Shown piece after piece: positions 18,842-28,759 of a DNA stretch of 64,000 bases. The notes under the pieces are model-generated. The model was not told the origin of the DNA, made no database searches, and saw only the letters and a program-made list of their open reading frames with translations. Location of the stretch: NCBI GenBank assembly GCA_964407685.1, contig CAYOWI010000003.1, positions 1,681-65,680 on the forward strand, given 5' to 3'. Position 1 is the first letter of the stretch, and each line of letters begins with the position of its first letter. This stretch comes from an uncultured Muribaculaceae bacterium (GTDB taxonomy: Bacteria > Bacillota_I > Bacilli_A > RF39 > UBA660). A program made the position numbers and the translations under genes.

Positions 18842-19180
18842 TTAATCGTTTATTTCTTTTATAATTTTTTCTATTTTATTGCCGTACGATATAGACTCAT
18901 CATATATGAATCTTAAATCTGGAATTTTCCTTATTTCTAGCTTTCTTTTTGCAAGTTCAGTTTTGATAAAACCTTTAGCTGCGTTTAAATCATGCATGCA
19001 CTTATCTTTTTTTGAATCATTAAGCACCGTGCAATACACTTGTGCCAAAGAAAGATCAGTATCTACCTTACATGCAGTAATAGTTACAAATTTTATATCT
19101 TCATCATACACTTCGTTTTGCAATATATCACTAATTTCCTTTATTAATAAGTTTGCTATTCTTTCTGTTTTAACGCTCAT
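18842..19180 (-). CDS. rbfA: Ribosome-binding factor A
   Basis: 112 aa; RbfA-like sequence in the canonical position after infB. Confidence 0.9.
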   Translation of the reverse strand: MSVKTERIANLLIKEISDILQNEVYDEDIKFVTITACKVDTDLSLAQVYCTVLNDSKKDKCMHDLNAAKGFIKTELAKRKLEIRKIPDLRFIYDESISYGNKIEKIIKEIND

Positions 19181-19183
19181 AAA

Positions 19184-21340
19184 TTACCTCTTTATTTCTA
19201 CTAGTTCATAAGCTTCTATAATATCTTTTTCTTTTATATCTTGATAATTCTCCAAGGTAATACCACACTCAAGGCCAGCTTTTACTTCTTTAGCTTGATC
19301 TTTTTCTCTTTGAATAGTATTAATTGCACCATCATATATTACAACACCATCACGGATAACACGTGCTTTAGCATTTATCTTAATAACACCATCAAGTACG
19401 TAACAACCAGCGATGTTACCAGTTTTAGAAAACTTGTATATTTTTCTTATTTCAGCTTGTCCTAATGTTTTTTCTTCATACTCTGGATCAAGCATTCCCT
19501 TCATAGCTGATTCCATTTCTTCAACAACTTTATAAATAATGTTATGAAGTCTTACGTCTACCCCATATTCTTTAGCAACATCAAGTATCTTACCTGATGG
19601 TCTTACGTTAAAGCCAATAATTATTGCACTAGAGGCATTTGCAAGTACGATATCACTTTCTGTTATTGTTCCAACACCGCTTCTAATTACGTTTAACTTA
19701 CATCCTTCAACTTCTATTTTAGCAAGTGTGTTTTTAACGGCTTCTTCACTACCTTTAACATCAGCTTTTAAAACGATATTTATTTCCTTTAAACCTTCTG
19801 ATATTTTACCAAATAAATCATCCAAGCTTAACGCACTAGATAGAGTGTTTGCTTTTAGCCTAGCAGTTTCACTTCTTTGCTCCGCAATCAAGTGAGCTTG
19901 TTTTTCTGATTCAAAAGCCATGAATTTATCACCAGCCGTTGGAACTCCTGATATTCCAGTTACTTCAACTGGTGCTGCCGGAAGAGCCTCAACAACTTCC
20001 TCTCCTAAATCATTTTTAAGAGTTCTTATCTTACCAAAGTATTCTCCAATTACAACTGGATCACCTAATCTTAAGGTACCATTTTGAACAAGTAATGTGA
20101 CAACTGAGCCAACGTTTTTATCTAATTTAGATTCAATAACGGTTCCCATCGCGTACCTTTTCGGATTAGCTTTTAATTCTTCCATTTCAGCAATTAAAAG
20201 TAAGTTTTCTAATAACTTATCTATACCCTCATGGGTTTTCGCAGAAATTGGAACAAATAAAGTATCTCCGCCCCAAGCTTCTGGGGTAAGACCTCTTTCG
20301 CTCATCTCACGCATTACTTTATCTGGATTTGCTCCTGGTTTGTCCATTTTGTTTACAGCAACTATAATTGGCACTTTAGCCGCTTTAGCATGATCAATCG
20401 CTTCAATTGTTTGAGGCATAACCCCGTCATCTGCTGCAACTATTATTATTACAATATCAGTAATTGATGCACCGCGTGCCCTCATTTCGGTAAACGCCGC
20501 ATGACCTGGCGTATCTATAAAAGTAATTTTTTTATCATTATATTTAACTTGATAAGCTCCTATGTGCTGGGTTATACCACCAAACTCACCATCAACTACG
20601 CTACTTTGTCTTATGGCATCTAAAAGTGAAGTTTTACCATGATCAACGTGTCCCATTATCGTTACAACTGGTGCTCTTTCGGTTAAATCTTTAGGATCAT
20701 CATTAACTTCAAACATCTCAAAATTAGAAATATCCGCGGTTTCCTCTTTTTTTAACGTTTTGTTATACTCAAGAGCTAATACTGATGCATCGTCAAAGCT
20801 CAATAATGCATTCATATTAGCCATGATTCCAAGTCCCATTAACTTTTTAATTATTTCAGGCACCGGAATCAAAATAGACTGAGCAAAATCCTTAATCGTC
20901 ATACCATTTTTATACAAAATAACGCTTTCATCAGCCTCACTTTCATTTGAAACTAATTTTTCTTTATTTTTATACATCGCCTTTTTAGCTTCTTTTATAT
21001 CCTTGGTTTTGCCCTTATTTTTATTTTTTTTCTTCTTAGCAATAGGTTCACTATTATAAATGGTATCTTTTTTATCAATTAAAGTATCCACAACCTCGTC
21101 ATAATAGTCATCTTCCTCCATCTTTTTAATTATTTCCTCGTCTTGTTCAACAATCTCATTTAAAGAAGCATCTTCCCCTTCATTTTGAAATGCATTATCA
21201 AGTTCCACTATCGCATCATCATTTAACATATCATCTTCTTTTGATGCGTTAATTCCTAATTTTTTACACATTGCAAGAACTTCTTCATTTGTTTTATTCA
21301 TATCTAAAGCATATTCTAATACACTCATCATGACAATCAC
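19184..21340 (-). CDS. infB: Translation initiation factor IF-2
   Basis: GTPase motifs GHVDHGKTSLLD, DTPGH, NKMD; acidic/basic N-terminal region. Confidence 0.97.
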   Translation of the reverse strand: MIVMMSVLEYALDMNKTNEEVLAMCKKLGINASKEDDMLNDDAIVELDNAFQNEGEDASLNEIVEQDEEIIKKMEEDDYYDEVVDTLIDKKDTIYNSEPIAKKKKNKNKGKTKDIKEAKKAMYKNKEKLVSNESEADESVILYKNGMTIKDFAQSILIPVPEIIKKLMGLGIMANMNALLSFDDASVLALEYNKTLKKEETADISNFEMFEVNDDPKDLTERAPVVTIMGHVDHGKTSLLDAIRQSSVVDGEFGGITQHIGAYQVKYNDKKITFIDTPGHAAFTEMRARGASITDIVIIIVAADDGVMPQTIEAIDHAKAAKVPIIVAVNKMDKPGANPDKVMREMSERGLTPEAWGGDTLFVPISAKTHEGIDKLLENLLLIAEMEELKANPKRYAMGTVIESKLDKNVGSVVTLLVQNGTLRLGDPVVIGEYFGKIRTLKNDLGEEVVEALPAAPVEVTGISGVPTAGDKFMAFESEKQAHLIAEQRSETARLKANTLSSALSLDDLFGKISEGLKEINIVLKADVKGSEEAVKNTLAKIEVEGCKLNVIRSGVGTITESDIVLANASSAIIIGFNVRPSGKILDVAKEYGVDVRLHNIIYKVVEEMESAMKGMLDPEYEEKTLGQAEIRKIYKFSKTGNIAGCYVLDGVIKINAKARVIRDGVVIYDGAINTIQREKDQAKEVKAGLECGITLENYQDIKEKDIIEAYELVEIKR

Positions 21341-21354
21341 GTCCTTTCCATTAG

Positions 21355-21621
21355 TTATTTATTATTAATAACTTTTTCTAACTCACCATATAAATCATCA
21401 CTTAACATGATGTCTAAATACCTATCCAATACCTTGGTTTTCTTTGCTAACTTTAGAACTTCTAAATCTTTTTTTATATATGCTCCGTGCCCGTTTACTT
21501 TTCCAGTAGCATCAACAAATACGTTACCAAGATTATCTTTAACTATCCTTATAAGATCTTTTTTTGGCCATTTTTCCTTAGTAACAACACACGTACGCAT
21601 CGGTATTTTTTTTTGTTTCAA
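21355..21621 (-). CDS. ylxR: YlxR/RnpM family RNA-binding protein (DUF448)
   Basis: 88 aa; PMRTCVVTKE motif; lies between nusA and infB. Confidence 0.85.
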   Translation of the reverse strand: MKQKKIPMRTCVVTKEKWPKKDLIRIVKDNLGNVFVDATGKVNGHGAYIKKDLEVLKLAKKTKVLDRYLDIMLSDDLYGELEKVINNK

Positions 21622-21637
21622 TTCTAATCACCCTGCC

Positions 21638-22735
21638 TTATGATATTGCATTAGTTAAATCTATTTTTTCTTCTTTTACTTGTTCATTTGTTTTTACATC
21701 TATTTTATAGTGCGTTAAACGGGCCGCAAGACGTACATTTTGTCCTTTTTTACCAATCGCAAGTGATAAATTATCTCCCTCTGCTATGGCTAACGCTTCA
21801 TTTTTCTTCTCGTTTAGGATGTAAACCTTAACTTCTTTAGCTGGTGATAAAGCATTTTTAATAAAAGTTATTGGATCTTTATCATACATAACAACGTCTA
21901 TTTTCTCGCCACCTAATTCGTTAGTAATACGATTAATTCTAGAACCTTTTTCACCAATACAAGCTCCTACTGCATCAACTTTTTCGTCTTCTGAGTAAAC
22001 GGCTATTTTACTTCTTACCCCAGCATCTCTTGCAACGCTATACAAAATTACGGTACCATCGTTTAATTCTGGTATTTCATTTTCAAGTAATCTTTTAACA
22101 AAACCATAGTGACTTCTTGATAAAAGTACAAGTGGGCTTTTACCAGTATCATCAATTTTAGTAACATATACTTTAACCGATGACCCCATGGTAAGTTCTT
22201 CTCCTTTAATTAGCTCGGTTTTAGGAAGTATCCCATGCATTCTTCCTAAATCAACATAATAGTTTTGAGCATCCTCACGGGATAAAGTACCTACTAATAA
22301 TTCTCCTTCTTTATCTTCAAACTCAGTCATTATACTTTGTCTTTCGGCTTCTCTTACCTTCTGAACTAATATTTGTTTAGCGGTACTCGTTGCAACACGT
22401 CCAAAATCCTTTAATGATACTTCTTCTTCAATTGTTTCCCCTGGTTTTATATCAGGTACAATTTTCTTAGCATCTTCAAGAAGAATTTCAACCGTCTCTT
22501 CGCCGTCTTCTTCATCATCTTCACCATCAGTATATTCTTCTACTACCTTCTGATATGAATACCCCTTTATTTCTCCAGTATCTTTGTTTATATCTATCCT
22601 TATGTTTGGAAGACCAGTTTCTTTCGTATACGCCTTTTGCAAAGCCGTTTCCATACCATCAAAGATAACGTCCTCGCTTATCCCTTTTTCTTCACAAATG
22701 TTTTTTAATGCTTTTACAAATTCTTTACTATTCAT
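21638..22735 (-). CDS. nusA: Transcription termination/antitermination factor NusA
   Basis: S1 domain plus two KH domains (GACIGEKGSRI, AIGKKGQNVRLA). The likely start is MNSKEF at 22735, with SD GGAGA upstream. Confidence 0.95.
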   Translation of the reverse strand: MNSKEFVKALKNICEEKGISEDVIFDGMETALQKAYTKETGLPNIRIDINKDTGEIKGYSYQKVVEEYTDGEDDEEDGEETVEILLEDAKKIVPDIKPGETIEEEVSLKDFGRVATSTAKQILVQKVREAERQSIMTEFEDKEGELLVGTLSREDAQNYYVDLGRMHGILPKTELIKGEELTMGSSVKVYVTKIDDTGKSPLVLLSRSHYGFVKRLLENEIPELNDGTVILYSVARDAGVRSKIAVYSEDEKVDAVGACIGEKGSRINRITNELGGEKIDVVMYDKDPITFIKNALSPAKEVKVYILNEKKNEALAIAEGDNLSLAIGKKGQNVRLAARLTHYKIDVKTNEQVKEEKIDLTNAIS

Positions 22736-22736
22736 T

Positions 22737-22994
22737 TTATTTATCTCCTTTTTCCACAGAACATACGTCAAGTACGTATGCATCATCAAATTCATCTTCT
22801 ATTTTATCAATTAAGGGATTAATAACGTCAGTTGCGCTAACGCAAGTATCAACGTCAACAAACGGTTCCTTATCAATTACTATTCGTAAAAAATATGTTG
22901 CACCCTCCTTAACATAGCAAACGTCACAAAGTTTAACGTTAATCTTCTTAAGTGGTTCTTCAATTAACGACCTAACCTTATCAATCATAAACAT
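22737..22994 (-). CDS. rimP: Ribosome maturation factor RimP, short form (85 aa, N-domain only)
   Basis: An N-terminal RimP-like domain in the canonical position upstream of nusA. The stop abuts the nusA start. Confidence 0.65.
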   Translation of the reverse strand: MFMIDKVRSLIEEPLKKINVKLCDVCYVKEGATYFLRIVIDKEPFVDVDTCVSATDVINPLIDKIEDEFDDAYVLDVCSVEKGDK

Positions 22995-23106
22995 TCCTCC
23001 CTAATTATAAAGAGCAGGACTTTTGCCCTACTCTTTGTTGCTATAAGTATTATAACACAATTATGTACTATTGCAATATTTTTTTATACTTTTATTAATA
23101 ACTCTA

Positions 23107-23361
23107 TTAATCTTTGTTATTCTTTTTTAAATTTTTAAATATACAAGGATGAGAATTTATCTTTTCTAACAACTCATCATCTACGTAATTAACATTCTTT
23201 TTAATTTTTCTATAAGCAGATTCAACGGTGATTTCACTTCCATCAAGCATTTTTATTAAAGCTTTACTTCCTGCACCACTATTAGGCGAATATTCAAACA
23301 TTTCTAAAAAATATATAACTTGTATTGCTATGTAATCAATTTCTAAATTGCTTTTACTCAT
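23107..23361 (-). CDS. Hypothetical protein (84 aa)
   Basis: ORF only. Confidence 0.4.
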   Translation of the reverse strand: MSKSNLEIDYIAIQVIYFLEMFEYSPNSGAGSKALIKMLDGSEITVESAYRKIKKNVNYVDDELLEKINSHPCIFKNLKKNNKD

Positions 23362-23458
23362 AATAAATAATTCCCACCTTTGTCAGTTTTAGTATTATAC
23401 ATTTTACTTTTAAAAAAAGCAACCTCTATGTTATAATCATTAATAGAGGTGAAATGAA

Positions 23459-24184
23459 TTGACAGATGATTTATTCAAAAATATTTATGATAAGTATTTT
23501 AAAAACTGGTTTAAAAAGAATAATAAATTTCTAATAACTATTTTATTATACATTCTATACCAAAGTAATTTTATAATAGCTTTTATTAGCTCTTTTGGAA
23601 TAAGCATTAGTAAAATACCAAAAATACCCAGGATATTTTGTTTTTTTATAAGTGATTTAATATACGTAATAGTTTTAATACTAATATTTAAAAATGAGAT
23701 AAAAAAGGGAATAAAAGACCTAAAAGAAAATTTTAATAATAGGGCTATATTATCACTTAACTGTTGGATATTAGGTTGTCTTTTAATGACGATATCATCA
23801 GTAGTTATCAGTCTTATTTTAAAACAAGATATATCAACTAACGAAGCGCTAGTTAGACAAAGCATTAAAACAGCACCACTTTACATGTTATTTACCTGTT
23901 CTATAGTAGCTCCCATATTTGAAGAATTAGTATTTAGAAGATCACTTTACGGACTAATTAAGTTTAAATGGCTATTTATCTTGATAAGTGGTCTAGGTTT
24001 TGGGCTTTTACACGTTTTAGGTAGTTATAATAATCCACTTGATTTTTTATACATAATACCATATGGTTCAATGGGATGCGCGTTTGCCTACCTTCTTACA
24101 AAAACTAATAACATTGTTTTACCAATTATAATTCACATGCTTCATAACACCGTGCTTGTTATATCACAAATACTTGGAGGCTAA
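23459..24184 (+). CDS. CPBP-family intramembrane glutamic endopeptidase (CAAX protease-like)
   Basis: Multi-TM protein with motifs EELVFRR, FGLLHVLG, IIHMLHN. Confidence 0.85.
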   Translation: MTDDLFKNIYDKYFKNWFKKNNKFLITILLYILYQSNFIIAFISSFGISISKIPKIPRIFCFFISDLIYVIVLILIFKNEIKKGIKDLKENFNNRAILSLNCWILGCLLMTISSVVISLILKQDISTNEALVRQSIKTAPLYMLFTCSIVAPIFEELVFRRSLYGLIKFKWLFILISGLGFGLLHVLGSYNNPLDFLYIIPYGSMGCAFAYLLTKTNNIVLPIIIHMLHNTVLVISQILGG

Positions 24185-24185
24185 C

Positions 24186-25010
24186 ATGGTAAAAGAAGAA
24201 AGTAAAAAAAAGAAAAAAAAACTTAAGTGGCAAATAAAACTAATAATAATTATTACAGTAATTATTTTGTATGCATTTTTTATCGGAACAAAAGGAATTT
24301 TTATAAAAGAATACAAAATTAATACAACAAAAATAAACGTCACTATGCATGGACTTAAAATTTTACAATTTTCTGATCTTCACTATGGATCATCAGTAAA
24401 TGATAAAATGATTCAAGAATTAGTTAATAAAATAAATGAAACAAAACCAGATGTAGTTATATTTTCTGGAGATTTGATAGATGAAAGGCATAAATTAACA
24501 GATAAAGAAAAAGAGTCTGTTATAAAAAAATTATCCAAAATAAACGCTCAGTTAGGAAAGTATTACGTAACCGGAGAAGAAGACTATGAACAGGCAACAT
24601 CTATTTTAAATTTATCTGGTTTCATAAACCTAGATAATCAAGAACAATTAATATACCTAAATGATTCACTACCAATCGTACTTCTAGGGAAAGATACAAT
24701 TAAAAACTATACCGAAGCAAATAAAGAAATACCTCTTTTTAAAATGTTAATCATTCATAACCCAAATGACATAGAAGATTATAAAGATTACGATTTAGAC
24801 GTAGTAATTGCCGGTCACACACATAATGGTGGTATAAACATACCAAAAATAAAAGATCTAATAATTAATAGTAATTACAAAAAAAATTACCAAACAGTTA
24901 ATAATATTAAATTATTTATAAATCCAGGAATTGGGACAAGCAAAATAAACGTAAGATTATTTAACCATCCAACAATTTACTTATATAGATTAAATAAAAC
25001 ATCCAATTAA
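24186..25010 (+). CDS. Membrane-anchored calcineurin-like metallophosphoesterase
   Basis: Motifs SDLHYG, GDLID, GHTHNGG; N-terminal TM. SD GGAGG precedes ATG 24186. Confidence 0.85.
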   Translation: MVKEESKKKKKKLKWQIKLIIIITVIILYAFFIGTKGIFIKEYKINTTKINVTMHGLKILQFSDLHYGSSVNDKMIQELVNKINETKPDVVIFSGDLIDERHKLTDKEKESVIKKLSKINAQLGKYYVTGEEDYEQATSILNLSGFINLDNQEQLIYLNDSLPIVLLGKDTIKNYTEANKEIPLFKMLIIHNPNDIEDYKDYDLDVVIAGHTHNGGINIPKIKDLIINSNYKKNYQTVNNIKLFINPGIGTSKINVRLFNHPTIYLYRLNKTSN

Positions 25011-26221
25011 CTGGATGCTTTATTATTAATGGGAATTGTTACCCTAACCGTTGTACCCTTTGTTTCTTTCGAAAAATAAGTGACTGTACCACCATGTCTT
25101 TCTATTATCTCCTTAGATAAGCAAACCCCTAGCCCAGTACCATTTTTCTTTGTCGTATAAAAAGCCGTACCAATTTTTTTAATAGTTTCGCTATCCATTC
25201 CTATTCCGTTATCTCTTATATTTATAACATAGTTTTTATTTACAATTTTTCCTTCTAAAATAACCATTCCACTATCTTTAATAGATTCTTTAGCATTTTT
25301 AACTAAGTTTATCAATACCTGTTTAAGTCTATTATAATCGCCATCCACTAAAACTTCATCATCAAAAAAATCATACTTAAACTTAACGTTCGTATTAAAT
25401 GCTAGCAATACCTCATCACACACATCTTCCATTAACATTGTTATATCCATTATGTTTTTTTCTATCTTTATTTTAGAAATATCAGAAAAATCTTTTAACA
25501 ACATTAAAGTCCTATCTATTTCTTGGTTAATTATATTTACATATTTATTAGCTTTTTTAGGGTTTTTAATATCAAACATATCTAGGTATCCTTTGCAAAC
25601 CGCTAATGGATTTTTTATCTCATGGGTTATTTTAAATAATGATTCATATAATTTTTTTTCCTTTGTTATACCATATAACGAATAATACATATTAACAATA
25701 CTTTCCGCCTTAGTATAAAATAATATTATAAAACAAAATACAACATACATAACTATAAGTAAGGTAATAACGTATATCACGCTATTAAACCCGATAATAT
25801 AATCAGGAATTAAAAACAAAGATATAATCCCAAATAAAATTTTAAATACTAAAAAAACATTAATAGTTTTATATTTATTAAAAAATGAGAATATAAATAT
25901 TACCATATATTCAAAAATCAAAAAATACATTGAAACATTATATATTTCTGATAAAAAAACCGCTATACAAAGTGACAAAACAAATGATGGAACTATTCTT
26001 TTTTTATAAAGAGCCAACAAAAGCGGAATATTAATTAAAAACGCATACATAGCAGGAATATCCCCAAATCTACTACATATGTAATAACTAGAAAAAATAG
26101 CTAAATCCAAAAATAGGAATTTTTCTTCTTCAAATCTAACTTTACTATAAACTAAGTAAAGAAAGTAGCTCATCAAAGGAAACACCAAATAAATAATATT
26201 TAAAAACACAGAAACAACCAT
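25007..26221 (-). CDS. Orphan sensor histidine kinase (multi-TM N-terminus)
   Basis: H-box THEIKNPLAV, N-box LINLVKNAKES, G-boxes DNGIGM and GTGLGV. No adjacent response regulator. Confidence 0.85.
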   Translation of the reverse strand: MVVSVFLNIIYLVFPLMSYFLYLVYSKVRFEEEKFLFLDLAIFSSYYICSRFGDIPAMYAFLINIPLLLALYKKRIVPSFVLSLCIAVFLSEIYNVSMYFLIFEYMVIFIFSFFNKYKTINVFLVFKILFGIISLFLIPDYIIGFNSVIYVITLLIVMYVVFCFIILFYTKAESIVNMYYSLYGITKEKKLYESLFKITHEIKNPLAVCKGYLDMFDIKNPKKANKYVNIINQEIDRTLMLLKDFSDISKIKIEKNIMDITMLMEDVCDEVLLAFNTNVKFKYDFFDDEVLVDGDYNRLKQVLINLVKNAKESIKDSGMVILEGKIVNKNYVINIRDNGIGMDSETIKKIGTAFYTTKKNGTGLGVCLSKEIIERHGGTVTYFSKETKGTTVRVTIPINNKASS

Positions 26222-26314
26222 AATAATCCCCTTTCATCAAGAATTATTATATCTGTTAACTGTGTTCTTTTTTGTCGAATTTTGGTTAATAACATTAGAA
26301 TTTGTAAAATTTAG

Positions 26315-26629
26315 TTACTCTTCATTTAATTGATCAATGTATTTTTTTAGTTTTTTAGCATCATCTTGAAAAATTATTTTCATAGTATTATCTATTTCAA
26401 CAATACCCCTAGCTCCTAATTTTTGAATTCCTTCTTTATTTACTTTAGAAGGATCCTTAAGCGTAACTTTAAACCTTGAAACACTAACTTCCATATTAGT
26501 AATATTTTTTATTCCACCCAAGTATTCCACTAACTTATTGGCTTCGTACTTAAAGTCCGGTTTATTAGCTTTGATCACTACTAATGCTATTATAATAAGA
26601 ACCGCAATAATAATAATGTATTTTAACAT
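26315..26629 (-). CDS. Membrane-anchored PTS EIIB(Glc)-like domain protein lacking the phospho-Cys
   Basis: LGGIKNITNMEVSVSRFKVTLKDPSKVN...LGARGIV aligns with the EIIB consensus LGG.NI....C.TRLR..L.D; Ser replaces the active-site Cys. N-terminal TM. Confidence 0.6.
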   Translation of the reverse strand: MLKYIIIIAVLIIIALVVIKANKPDFKYEANKLVEYLGGIKNITNMEVSVSRFKVTLKDPSKVNKEGIQKLGARGIVEIDNTMKIIFQDDAKKLKKYIDQLNEE

Positions 26630-26782
26630 TTAATCACCCTAAAACAAATTATATAACATCATTAGTAAAAAAGCAATATAACAAAATACTAATAAATTAA
26701 TAAGACTAGGGCTTTTAAAGTGGTACTAATTACCATTATTTGAATAAGCTACTAATGAAAAAGATAGAAAGGGTGAAATATT

Positions 26783-27190
26783 ATGTGTAATAATTCTAAT
26801 TCTAGTTCAAAATGCAACTGTATTGCTGAAATACTAAAAGTTATAAACATTCTTCAAAGTGAAGTGTGTCCTGGTGATTCGTGCTTAGAAACATGCACAA
26901 GAGCTTTCTTTGGACCAAACTCATCAGTTGATTTTAATACTAGACCAGTAACTCTATATACATGCGATGGTAACTTAGTTCAAATACCTGTATCAAATAC
27001 ACCAGGAGAAGCAGTTACTTCAAGTACGTTTAGAGTTGAAAAAGTAGATGGATGTTGCGCAACACTTAGAGTACTAACATATAATGCAGAAACAGCAACT
27101 TATACAGCAACAAACTCATTTTTCACAATAAACACAGATTGCTTATGCGCTATAAAATGTCTAGGAGACACCTTTGTTGAAGGAGTTTAA
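26783..27190 (+). CDS. CotY/CotZ-family spore coat/exosporium protein
   Basis: 135 aa, Cys-rich. FRVEKVDGCCATLRVL and NTDCLCAIKCL match the CotZ blocks F.RVE.V.G.CATL and D.DCFCAI.CL. Confidence 0.7.
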   Translation: MCNNSNSSSKCNCIAEILKVINILQSEVCPGDSCLETCTRAFFGPNSSVDFNTRPVTLYTCDGNLVQIPVSNTPGEAVTSSTFRVEKVDGCCATLRVLTYNAETATYTATNSFFTINTDCLCAIKCLGDTFVEGV

Positions 27191-27212
27191 AAAAAGGCCA
27201 CATTGTGGTCTT

Positions 27213-27545
27213 TTATTTTATATCATAAATTTCATCGATGTATATTCTTTCTCCTTCAAAAGTTAATAAGTAATTATCTTTAATTCCTACTATTTTTTTA
27301 TTTATATTTTTACCGTTTTTGTACAAAATAGTAATATCAGCCTGATATACGTAATCAGGTCTTGAAAAAATACTATTTATTTTTTTTACAAGCGTCATCT
27401 TATCTATTTCTACGGTTTCCTTTTTTTCTATTTTCTCTTCACTCACTAAATCTTTATTATCATGATGATAATAAAACTCCTTTTGAACCTTACTCTTTAA
27501 CTTATCAACCCGATTTTTAAAAATTTCTGGAAATTTATCTTTCAT
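27213..27545 (-). CDS. Hypothetical protein (110 aa)
   Basis: SD AGGAGG precedes ATG 27545; the track start at 27599 is upstream. Confidence 0.45.
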   Translation of the reverse strand: MKDKFPEIFKNRVDKLKSKVQKEFYYHHDNKDLVSEEKIEKKETVEIDKMTLVKKINSIFSRPDYVYQADITILYKNGKNINKKIVGIKDNYLLTFEGERIYIDEIYDIK

Positions 27546-27589
27546 AAACAAAATCCTCCTATAAAAATTTATGTTATAAGGACAAAAAA

Positions 27590-28759
27590 ATGATAGCAAA
27601 GGCGGTGATTATCATAAAGAATAGCACAAAAACAAAGTACCAATTAATAACTTTACTTCTTTTCTTCTTTATAATAAGCATTATTACAATATATAGCGCT
27701 TCTTTTTCATTTTCTAACACACAGGTTTTCACAAAACAAATTATATGGTATTTAATTGGTTTTTTCTTAATCTTTCTAACTTCAAAGTTTAATTGTAGTA
27801 AAGTGTTAGATATAGCAATCGTATTATACGTTTTTATAAACATTTTACTTTTTTTACTTCTTATTTTTGGAACGGAAGTAAATGGTTCTAAATGCTGGTT
27901 TATGGTTCCTGCGATAGGTTCTATCCAGCCAAGTGAATTTGCTAAAATAATTTTAATTTTAATAAATACAAAAGCTTTTGAAATATTTAACAAAAGATAT
28001 TCTAAAAGAAGTTTTTGGGATGACGTTAAGATAATTTTTATAATTATGATAATAACACTAATTCCAGGTATTTTAACTTTTTTAGAACCAGATACCGGTA
28101 TGGTGATAATATACTTTTTAATATCATTTATAATGCTATTTATTTTTGGAATTAGAAAAAGTATATTTTTCATAATAATAGGATTAGGAGCCTTAATTAT
28201 ATCCGTTTTTTTATATTATTATTTCAATTATGAAGACAATTTTATTAGCATATTTGGCACCTCATTTTTCTACCGCATCAATAGATTATTAGACTGGTCA
28301 AATAATAGTGGTATGCAACTAACAAACGCTATAGCCGCAGTAAAAGCAGCAGGTTTATTCGGATTTGGAATTAAAGATACCCCAATATATATTCCCGAGG
28401 CACATACCGACTTTATCTTTTCTGTATATGCAAGCAACTTTGGGTTAATTGGAACGATAATTTTAATTACAATAATTCTATTATTTGACTTTACTTTATT
28501 CAAACTAGCAAAGGATACGAACGACAAAAACTACCGTTTTATAATAACTGGTTTTCTCGGAATGATCTTATATCAACAAATTCAAAACATCGCAATGAAC
28601 ATAGGATTACTACCAATAACTGGAATAACCCTACCCTTTATAAGTTATGGTGGCTCATCTCTTATTAGTTATATGATAGGTATTGCGCTCATTTTAAATT
28701 ATAATAAGACGACGTGTAAAAAAGAAAAAAGTTATGATTATAAGAAAACCATGAAATGA
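27590..28759 (+). CDS. SEDS-family peptidoglycan polymerase (FtsW/RodA/SpoVE)
   Basis: Ten-TM-type protein with motifs PSEFAKI, HTDFIFS, LPITGITLPFISYGGSS. Confidence 0.9.
   Translation: MIAKAVIIIKNSTKTKYQLITLLLFFFIISIITIYSASFSFSNTQVFTKQIIWYLIGFFLIFLTSKFNCSKVLDIAIVLYVFINILLFLLLIFGTEVNGSKCWFMVPAIGSIQPSEFAKIILILINTKAFEIFNKRYSKRSFWDDVKIIFIIMIITLIPGILTFLEPDTGMVIIYFLISFIMLFIFGIRKSIFFIIIGLGALIISVFLYYYFNYEDNFISIFGTSFFYRINRLLDWSNNSGMQLTNAIAAVKAAGLFGFGIKDTPIYIPEAHTDFIFSVYASNFGLIGTIILITIILLFDFTLFKLAKDTNDKNYRFIITGFLGMILYQQIQNIAMNIGLLPITGITLPFISYGGSSLISYMIGIALILNYNKTTCKKEKSYDYKKTMK

Noticed and set aside
27574-28173. 199-aa minus-strand ORF overlapping the SEDS (FtsW/RodA) gene
   Set aside because: It is antisense to a gene with clear family motifs. 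This is the typical shadow ORF of AT-rich DNA. The same reasoning rejects 3003..3254, 3028..3240, 5363..5548, 5852..6223, 6798..7026, 9357..10820 (four ORFs), 13465..14130, 15116..15505, 18879..19465, 20097..20393, 21407..21643, 22584..22917, 23485..23865, 25452..25685, 28270..28527, 30266..30871, 31267..31485, 31884..32180, 34016..34567, 38322..38528, 39780..40064, 41554..41748, 43091..43321, 46756..46950, 51467..52240, 53793..53975, 61422..61673 and 61916..62170.
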